In this document: positions 54,419 to 64,000 of the stretch, piece by piece
Layout of the letters: every line of letters starts with the position of its first letter
How positions within the stretch are numbered: position 1 is the first letter of the stretch
Assembly: GCA_964016885.1 (NCBI GenBank)
Contig: OZ024751.1
Coordinates: 4,464,001 to 4,528,000 of the forward strand
DNA from: Eledone cirrhosa
Lineage: Eukaryota
Length of the DNA: 64,000 nucleotides
Reading direction: 5' to 3'
Position numbers and translations under genes: made by a program
Notes under the pieces: model-generated
What the model was told of the DNA's origin: nothing
Databases searched by the model: none
What the model saw: the letters and a program-made list of their open reading frames with translations, nothing else

Positions 54419-54583
54419 TATTTGATCACAGGAATGTCTATATTTAATAATATTTTGAAGTAATATTAATAACTCCAGAAAAGTAATATTAATAACTCCA
54501 GAAAACCTCACTGTTGTGTGCTTCTAATCTATTGTAAAACTTTATTCATTGATTAATCAATATACCTTGTTAAACTTTCGGTC

Positions 54584-54704
54584 ATATACATACATTTATA
54601 TATACATATATATATATATATATATACAGATACACATAGGCTGTATATATACATATATATATATACACATACACATATATATATATATACACATACACAT
54701 ACAC

Positions 54705-54741
<37 letters not shown>

Positions 54742-54746
54742 CATAC

Positions 54747-54777
<31 letters not shown>

Positions 54778-55400
54778 CATACATATATATATATACATGC
54801 ATATATATATATATATATATATACATATTTATTAAAATAACAGATTAAAGTTTAAGCAAAGAATCGCTGCTTTCACCCTTAACGGGATCTTCTGAAACTA
54901 ACAAAGTCAATCTGTAAACGCAGAACTGGATATTTCAAAAAACGTTCTTCAATTTTATTATTATTACTATATATATACTATATATATACTATATATATAT
55001 ATATATATATACTATATATATATTTTATTATTTTATTATTATTACTATATATATACTATATATATACTATATATATATATATACTATATATATACATATA
55101 TACATATATACATATATACATTATTATTATTACTATATATATACATATATACATATATACATATATACATATATACATATATACATACATCTGGTGGCTG
55201 CCAACTCGTTTTCGAGTACGGCCACTACTTTATATCTATGTAGGAGAAACCCTACCGATGCGCTGAACGAGTGTGACTTTTTAGTCTAGCCAGCGACTTG
55301 AAAACTCTGGTACAAACACTACACTTGTGACAATTATTATATACATACATATATATATAAAATATATAATAATTATATAATAATTATATATATATATATA
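54584..55400. repeat. Cluster of (TA)n, (TATACA)n and (TTA)n microsatellites with short unique spacers
   Basis: Tracts at about 54584-54826, 54952-55190 and 55334-55400. Confidence 0.9.
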
Positions 55401-55401
55401 C

Positions 55402-56030
55402 ATTATCATTATCATCATCATCATCATTGTTTAACGTCCATCTTCCATGCTTGCATGGGTTTGGGCAGGAATTTTCCCACTTGAGGCAAGATTGGTTGCC
55501 TTGTTCGTATAGGACTGTCTGGTGGGTTTTCTAGGGCTGGATGCCCTTCCTAACACCAACCACATTTACAGTGTGGACTGGGAGGTTTTTACGGTTTACC
55601 TACACAACCTCATTTATTTAGGACTGGATGTTGTGGTACCAACATAACTTTACATCGAAAGGGGGTGGTGTGGATGGGTGGGGGTAGTGGGACGGGGGTG
55701 TATTTTGGTAAGAGGTGCCTACTGACTAGGTTTCGCTTTGCACTTAGGCAAGGCGGGTCTTCTGTATTACTGCGTAGCGCCAAAGATCTCGGTTCAGTGA
55801 CATTGTCTTGGAGAGGTGTAAGTGTGTGAGGTCGGAATTTATCAAGTCGTCCCAGGTTTTTTCTGGGTCTGCCTACTCCGTGGCTACTGTCTATTTTTAT
55901 CACCCTGCACTTTTTTATACAGCTGTCGTCTTTCATGCGCATCACGTGACCATACCAACGTAGTCTTCTCTCAAGTAAACAGCATCTGATCCCTCTTATT
56001 CCTAATTTCTCACTTAGTTCATTTATGCTT
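55402..56030 (-). mobile_element. 3' end of an RTE-clade LINE: ORF C-terminus, 3' UTR and (TGA)n tail
   Basis: The minus strand reads [38 protein letters not shown]...GVGRPRK, and RLRWYGHV is an RTE hallmark. It ends in a (cat)n run on the plus strand near 55410-55427. Confidence 0.85.
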
Positions 56031-56039
56031 TCATTTAAT

Positions 56040-56094
56040 CATATACATATACATATATATATATACATATATATATACATATATATATATACAC

Positions 56095-56125
<31 letters not shown>

Positions 56126-56126
56126 C

Positions 56127-56158
<32 letters not shown>

Positions 56159-56192
56159 GCATACATATATTTTTTTTTGGGGGGGGGGGGGA
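56040..56192. repeat. (TA)n microsatellite followed by T and G homopolymer runs
   Basis: Direct inspection. Confidence 0.9.
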
Positions 56193-56287
56193 TCGATCGA
56201 CTTTCGTCAAATCTGACCTAGGAAACAATGTTTCCGTTGGTCTTTCCAGTTGCTATTACTATCTATCGGTCGCAACTCCAGGTAGAA

Positions 56288-56404
56288 GGAGCAACGTGAA
56301 ATAAAGTGTCTTGCTCAAGGACATAACGCATCGCCCGGTTCAGGAATCGAACTCACAACCTCAAGATTGTGAATCCAATTCTCTAACCACTCTGCCACAC
56401 GCCT
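56288..56404 (-). mobile_element. tRNA-derived SINE head, resembling octopus SINEs
   Basis: Minus strand aggcgtg TGGCAGAGTGG ttagag...ga GTTCGATTCC tgaaccgggc...tgtccttgagcaagacact. Pol III A and B boxes are followed by a conserved SINE body motif instead of a tRNA acceptor end. Confidence 0.8.
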
Positions 56405-56535
56405 GAAAAACACCTCAAACATTTACCACGAGGTCTGCTAAGCAGATATACAACAAACTAAAACATGTAGAAGTCTCTTTTAAACTAATTCAAAACCATT
56501 TTGAAAAACTTCGACATATTTACTCCAATAGACAA

Positions 56536-56675
56536 ACACAACAGCAACAACAACGACAACAACAACGACGACAACAAAAACAGCCACAACAACAACAACA
56601 GCCATAACAACAACAACCACAACAACAACAGCAGCCACAACAACAACAGCCAGAAAACCAGGAGCAACCACTACT
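56536..56675. repeat. (ACA)n-rich microsatellite, possibly part of the LINE ORF1 low-complexity region
   Basis: Direct inspection. Confidence 0.85.
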
Positions 56676-57579
56676 GAATTCAAGCATAATAGCTGAATTA
56701 CTGAATGACAGTATCCCTCAGCACCGTAACCATCAACCATCTTCTGCCACATCAACTGCTAGTAATGGACCACTGCTCTTTCTCCCACCACAGTTGTCAT
56801 CATCATCATCACCACTAATGCTTTCTTCCCCCATATCACCACCACAACCATGCCATAGTCAAAAGAACTTTAAAAAATAATATCTATGGAGCTGTATGCA
56901 CCCCCAACTACACATACTAGAAACCCCATAATATGCCGCTACTCATTACATCAGAGGCTATGCACACGTAGCGACTGTATATTCACCCATTTACTGGGTA
57001 CTATGCGCACTAACACTGCCAGCCAACACCAAAGCACGCTGCCCGCATGTATAGGTCGCAGTCCCAAAATCTGCCAACATTCCCAACGTGAGAGGCTATG
57101 TCTGCTGACTGACTGTCCCTTCACTCATCTTCCTGAGACACAACGCACGAACAGAAAAGGGGTTCCATGCCAACCCACAAACCACAATAAAGCCACCCCC
57201 TGCTGCGGTAATGCTGCTCAAGTCTCCTCACAAAAACAAGATTACAACAACAAAAAACAACAAAAATAATGCTGCTCCAATCTTTTCACAAAGACACAAT
57301 TACAACAAATACAACAACAACAAAAGAGGGAACTGCAACCCTATCCAATGTTGTAACCACAAATCCAATCAAAAACTGCTCCCTGAACAAAAAAAAACAT
57401 CTTTCTTTTTTAGCCATGAACCTGGCAAAAGAGATAGAGAAAAACATTTTAGCCATCACCCAACACCATCCTTGCTGTTACTAACACACAATCACAAAAC
57501 AAGCCCCCTGCAATAGTCAAAATCAGCCACCACACTAGCCTCCACATTCTTACTCAATACACAAGGTATCAACCCATCC

Positions 57580-60424
57580 ATCAATGCACAGAAATGGAAG
57601 ATCCAAGTCATTGAGGATTGGGTTGGTAACCATCGATTTCACATCCCCTTCTTCATTCTTACTGAGACCCACCTTGACAACTCCCACTTGGAGGCCGAAG
57701 TAAGAGTGAGGAATTTCATAACCATCCGTGCGGATCGTGTTGGCAGAAGGAAGGGTGTAACTGCCATTTTCCTGCATGATTCCTTTACGGCAGATGGCAA
57801 CACAACATTCTCTAATGGATACTGTGAATCAGTCACTGTTCACAATAAATCCAATGACCTGACATTAGTTGGGCTCTATAGGCCACCACAAACACCCATA
57901 ATCTGCTTCAAAGAGTGCCTCAACAATATTAAATGCTTTATTAAACAGTGCCATTCTAGCAACATACTTTTGATGGGAGACTTTAATCTACCCTGTGTTG
58001 ATTGGTCTACATGTAGTTTGAAACCAGGCTCTACAGCCTCAACCACTGACAAAGAGGCGGTCGAGTCACTTTTTGACTTCATGAATGAGTTTTTCTTGTC
58101 CCAACTTGTCCTTGCACCAACGAGGTATCAGAAGAACATTCTGGATCTTGTGTTTAGTAACCACACTAACACTATACATAATATTACAGTGGAAAAAATC
58201 CTTCTCTCAGACCATGACATGGTTCTTTGTAACCTGAGATTCCACCAGCCGAAAGCTAATCCCAGGGTCCTCTCTCCAGCCCAGCCATTTGATAACATGG
58301 ATCTCTACAATGCCAACTGGGATGCAATTATGAATGAACTATCACATGTCGACTGGTCTTTTACACACGCACACACTTCCACCAACAATCTTGGCAGATC
58401 TTTGTAGACACCGTTACAAATATATGTACAAAACACACCCCACCAAAATCTGTGAACAAAACCAAGTGCATTATCCCCCAAAACAGAAAAACAATTATCA
58501 GAAAAATAAAAAGAACAAACAAAAAAATTAACACACTAAAATACTGCCAACAGCAACACACCCATTCAATGGCTATCACCCTGCTTGAGTAAAAAAAATA
58601 TAACCTGCAGCAATGCATGATGACCATCATCAATAACCAGAGAATAGTTGAAGAGAGGTGGGCCATTGAGAAAATCAAACTCAACCCTAAAGTGTTCTTT
58701 TCATTTGCTAAAAAACACAAGGTCACCGTTGGCCCCCTAGTTGATGAAAATGGCACACTCCAGGACAATGCCAAAACCATGGACTAGATACTGCAGAAAC
58801 AATACTGCTCTGTTTTCAGCAATCCTGATATGGCCGATCTGGGCCGTATCAGTGATGTTAATCCCCAACACACTATATCAGACATAACGCTTGGCGCCCC
58901 TGATGTCTTAGCGGCAATAAACGAAATTAAACACAATTCAGTGGTAGGCTCTGACAGGTTCCCTGCTTGTGTCCTGAAGGTGTGTCGACACCAACTTGCA
59001 TCTCCTCTTGCTAATCTGTGGAGGAACTCGCTGGACACTGGCTATATTCCTGAAAACTTTATGTCCCAGGCCGTTGTCCCAGTCTTCAAAAAGGGAAATA
59101 AGTCACTTGCAGTGAAATACCGTCCGATCTCACTCACCTCTCATAGTATCAAGGTATTTGAGAGGGTGGTGAGATCACGAATAAACCACTTTCTTGAAAG
59201 CAATGGCCTGCCGAACTCCAACCAACATGTGTTCTGTAATGGAAGGGACTGCCTAACGCAGCCCCTGCATCACTTTGACGATGTTTTGAGAGCCTTAGGA
59301 GAGGGCTCCAACACTGATGATATCTACCTTGACTTCAGACAGGCCTTCAACAGGGTTGATCATAAGATTCTACTGAAAAAACTATCCAATCTTGGTGTCT
59401 CTGGAAGGTTACTACAGTGGATCAAATGTTTCCTGACAGGCAGAACCAAGCATGTTGTAATCGAAGGAGTAAAATCAAGCCCTGCCAAAGTCAGCAGTGG
59501 CGTCCCACAAGGCACTATGTTGGGCCCACTTCTTTTCATCATCTACATTAATGACATTACTGACATCATCAAGCACAGCAACATCAGGATCTTCAAAGTG
59601 TCATCAATGAGGTGGGTGACCGGACTTGCCTTCAGTCAGACCTACTGGCTGTTATCCAATGGGCAGAAATGAATAATATGCTGTTGAATGAGGATAAATT
59701 TGAATTAATCCACTTTGGAAAAAAGGATGCCCTGAAACTACCATACTCTCTGTGAAACTCTAGTGGCATCCAATAACATCAGAGACCTGGGAGTAATTGT
59801 GGACAACAACATAAGCTGAGCCACTCATATAAACAGCAAAGCTGATATGGCCCGCAGGATGTGTTCCTGGATTCTTAGAATTTTCCAGTCGAGAGATATC
59901 CACACTGTTATCCTTCTCTTCTTGTTGTCCACTGTGGTCACCCCACACGAAACAAAGTATCATGAAAGTTGAAGCACCCCAAAGGTCAATTACAAAAAAA
60001 TATAGATGGCATGACAGGCCTTGACTATTGGAGTCGATTAGAAACGCTCAAACTTTATTCTCTCCAACGTGGCCGTGAGCACTACATTATCTGTATGATG
60101 TGGAAAATACTCCATCAGCTTTGCCCAAATGATGTTGGCATCACCTTTAGTGTACACCCAAGGCTTGGGCCCCGTGATAACCGCCCACGACAAAAATCTC
60201 ACTCGCATCACATAACAACAATACGGCACAATTATTTCACCTCAATTGGCCCTGCACTCTTTAACATTACACCAAGACACATCAAAGCAGAAACAGACCC
60301 CATCAAGTTCAAGAGGTCTTTGGATAAATTCCTTCAAGAAATCGCAGATAAGCCTCCTACACCCGGATATGCCTCCGTAAACAATAACCTTCTGCCTGAG
60401 TGGGCCATGGTGCCGAAACACTGA
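57580..60424 (+). pseudogene. LINE ORF2 (APE endonuclease plus reverse transcriptase), frameshifted, with the FADD motif deleted
   Basis: LTET, GLYRPP, LMGDFNLPCVDW, ILDLVF, SDHDMV, KYRPISLTS, IYLDFRQAFNRVDH, SGVPQGTMLGPLLFIIYINDI, YWSRLETLKLYSLQR, with multiple stops and frameshifts. Confidence 0.92.
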
Positions 60425-60508
60425 TTTGTAAGACTTCGCCATGTGGTGCTATTAAGTTAGGAATGGCCTGGGCCAATACTGGCCGAAAGCTATCAAAGTT
60501 ATCAAAGT

Positions 60509-60973
<465 letters not shown>

Positions 60974-61058
60974 TCACGATAAATTAACGGAGGCATAGGT
61001 CCTCGCTATTCCCTGTAAATAATGTGCTCAAAGGAGAAGAGATCCTGAGCTCTTTAAA

Positions 61059-61711
<653 letters not shown>

Positions 61712-61869
61712 ATACTTTGGGAGGGTCATGTTGCCAATAAGAAACACACGCACCAGTTGCTTTCACTTCAATTTATTATATATTTATAAATTTATAAATT
61801 TACAAATCTACAAACTTATAAATTTCTGGTTGGTTGGTTGGTTCCACAACCAGATAGTTGTTTATATAT

Positions 61870-61914
61870 AGTCATAGTCCTTTCGTCACACACTCTGTGA
61901 CCTCTTCAGTGACT
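61870..61914 (-). ncRNA. Minimal type I hammerhead ribozyme motif in a PLE pLTR
   Basis: Minus strand agtca CTGAAGA g gtcaca gagtg tgtgac GAAA ggac TA tgact. Stem I is 5 bp and stem II is gtcaca/tgtgac. Confidence 0.75.
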
Positions 61915-62144
61915 GGGGATTCCTTTCTTTGTTTCTGTGCCTTTCCTTTCTTCTATCCTACGCCATTTTGTTTCTGTGTGTGTGTTGTGTGCTCAGTTTG
62001 CGCATGCGCCACATCCGGGTGTCTGTGTGTGTTTGTGTTCATTTATCTATTTGTTTATTTATTTATTTATTTATTGTTGGTTGGTTGTTTGTTCTATGTG
62101 TGTGTGTGTTTTTATTTTGTCCTGTGTGTGTTTTCATTTTGTCC

Positions 62145-63230
62145 TTAATTGTAAGTTGTGATGTTGCTGTTCCACTCATATTTTCTATTTAATTTTGGTT
62201 GTAATTCTTTTATGCTTACTGCCTCTGTAATTTGCCTAAACATTGCATCTTTTCTGTGTGTGGATTTTATTTTTATTTCTATGTTCTCTAATCTACCCCT
62301 GTGTTCTATCTTAGCATGTTGGTAGAGCACAGATGATTCTTTATTATCTTGAAGGTCTCGCCAGTGTTCATTTATTCGTTCCCCTATACTACGAGCTGTC
62401 TCACCCATGTACACTATATTTTTGTTTCTACATTGTCCTTCAGTACATCTTATGCTATACACTACATTTCTAGTTTTACAGTTAATATGGGGGCTTATTT
62501 TACAGGTTATACATTTCTTATCTATACATGAGGGTCTTTGGAACGGGTATGTCTTGCTAATAAGTGTTTTTACGGAGGTACCTGGTCTTTCTACTATCTT
62601 AATATTGAGTTTATGTTTATTTAGGGCCCTTCTAAATTTGTAGGCTAGTTCGCCTCTAGGGGTTGTATTGATGAACATTACACTCTGGTATTTATTGCTA
62701 TCATACCATGAGTTTATTCTATTGGCCTTGTTCCTAGTTCTTTCTATTCTATTCCAAAGTTTGCTCCTATACAAGGGGCAGGTCCCATTTATGTCATTAT
62801 TTATCATTTTTTCCCATTTGATTCTGGCTCTTCTATACACTCTGATTCTATCTCTCTGATTGTAGCCAGAGAACTGCATACGGTGGATGAAGTGTTATAT
62901 GTGTCTCTCTAGTTCTTCGGGGTTGCACATGCGGGACACATTTCTCATCACCCGTACCAAATCCGCAATCAGTATGTTGATTTTGGTATGGTCCGAAATG
63001 GCCGAGTTTCGGTGGATCAGATGTTTGGAAGTCATGGGTTTGGCATAATGGGAATGGAGGATTTGTTTTTGGTTGTTAATGGTATCTAACCAGAGCTCTG
63101 TGTCTAGTACAGGTAATCGATGGTTGGGGTGTCTACTTGGGTAGTCTATAGTAACTCTAATGCTCTGGTGGATGGAGTTTGTTATTTGCTGGATGCTTTC
63201 CATTGTGTTTTTCTCTAGTTCCTGACTGTT
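62145..63230 (-). pseudogene. PLE RT thumb plus GIY-YIG endonuclease, one premature stop, 5' truncated
   Basis: ORFs 62895-63407 and 62145-62879 are in frame across one TAA (HI*HFIHRMQFSGY). Confidence 0.88.
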
Positions 63231-63235
63231 CTTTA

Positions 63236-63475
63236 ACAACAACACACACATCAACAACAACAACACACACATCAATAACAACAACACACACATCAACAAC
63301 AACAACAATAGCAACATACCCAGATACAACAACAACAGACACGCAGACACAAACAACAATAACAACACACACAACAACGATAACACACACGGAGACAACA
63401 ACAACACACATCAACAACAGCACACATCAACAACAACAACACACACGCATTCAATGCCTCTCACCACCACCACAA
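63236..63475. repeat. (ACA)/(CA)-rich low-complexity tract
   Basis: Direct inspection; includes a recurring caacaacacacacatcaa unit. Confidence 0.85.
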
Positions 63476-63561
63476 TCTTAACAAACACACAGACACAGAA
63501 AACAAGTAATGACAGTAGCACAGAAATCAGAGAAATAAGGGAAAGTAATAGGATTAAAAGG

Positions 63562-64000
63562 AAAAGGAGATGGGAGACTAAGGACAAAGAGAATAACCAA
63601 GACGAACACACAGACACACAAAATAGGGTAGATAACAACATTGAGCCAGTGGAAAGAGACAGGAGTAATTATGAGAGACATAGAAACAACCATGAGGCTG
63701 TTGGTGGAAATAGAAATAGAAACAACACAACTAACAATAACAATAGCACTAGTACACATAAAGCAGCAGCCTGGAACTCTCCGTTTTATAATCCCTCCGA
63801 TAAATCATTCGACCTGCGACGAGTCCACGCCACGACTTTGCCATTTAACAAACGCACGCAGTTGCCGTCGCAGGTCGATGAACAAACAGAAGCACAATTT
63901 AGTATAGCTAAATCCGAACTTAGAAATATTATAGAACAGTATAGCAAGAAGCATAATAGAATAGAGGCCCAGCAACTGGGAGAAAAATCTGCAAATGGCT
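63562..64000 (+). mobile_element. Open frame running off the window end, probably the N-terminal region of another Naiad-like PLE ORF
   Basis: Stop-free frame KRRWETKDKE...PFYNPSDKSFDLRRVHATTLPFNKRTQLPSQVDEQTEAQFSIAKSELRNIIEQY..., absent from the ORF track because it has no stop. It resembles the pre-RT region of such PLEs from memory. Confidence 0.5.

Larger units (their letters stand above)
54139..54464. repeat. Fold-back element: 157-bp inverted arms (54139-54295 and 54308-54464), 12-bp spacer, 1 mismatch
   Basis: attacttcaaaa...gttcaattcca ctcctggcagac tggaattgagc...ttttgaagtaat. ORFs 53954+ and 54287- encode the same peptide stretch. Confidence 0.95.

Noticed and set aside
54856-54900. 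Possible additional minus-strand hammerhead (cagaaga t ccc gttaa ggg t gaaa)
   Set aside because: Stem II is plausible, but the core has a U-to-A change and I could not pair stems I and III. At best it is a relic.
56330-56404. tRNA gene
   Set aside because: A and B boxes are present, but the acceptor stem does not close and the sequence continues into a SINE body.
62145-62900. Selenocysteine recoding as reported for some Naiad PLEs
   Set aside because: The Cys positions are ordinary Cys codons and the single in-frame stop is TAA, not TGA.

Overview
Eukaryotic, repeat-only window with no supportable host protein-coding gene. It is probably from an octopod cephalopod, inferred from a tRNA-derived SINE, an RTE tail and very abundant (TA)n. 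Positions 1-46040 are a head-to-tail array of about 90 copies of a 509-512 bp AT-rich satellite. The array is organised into successive higher-order repeat (HOR) blocks of different periods, and each monomer is rich in quasi-palindromes, including a 61-nt hairpin. The array ends abruptly at a GC-rich RTE-clade LINE fragment. The remaining 18 kb is a nest of decayed retroelements: several Penelope-like elements (PLEs, RT plus GIY-YIG), a CR1-type LINE, an RTE 3' end, a SINE and microsatellites. Reading the sequence directly shows about six distinct hammerhead-ribozyme-type motifs there. Most are duplicated in inverted orientation (fold-backs or inverted pseudo-LTRs). The many 70-105 aa ORFs in the track are satellite or microsatellite artefacts.
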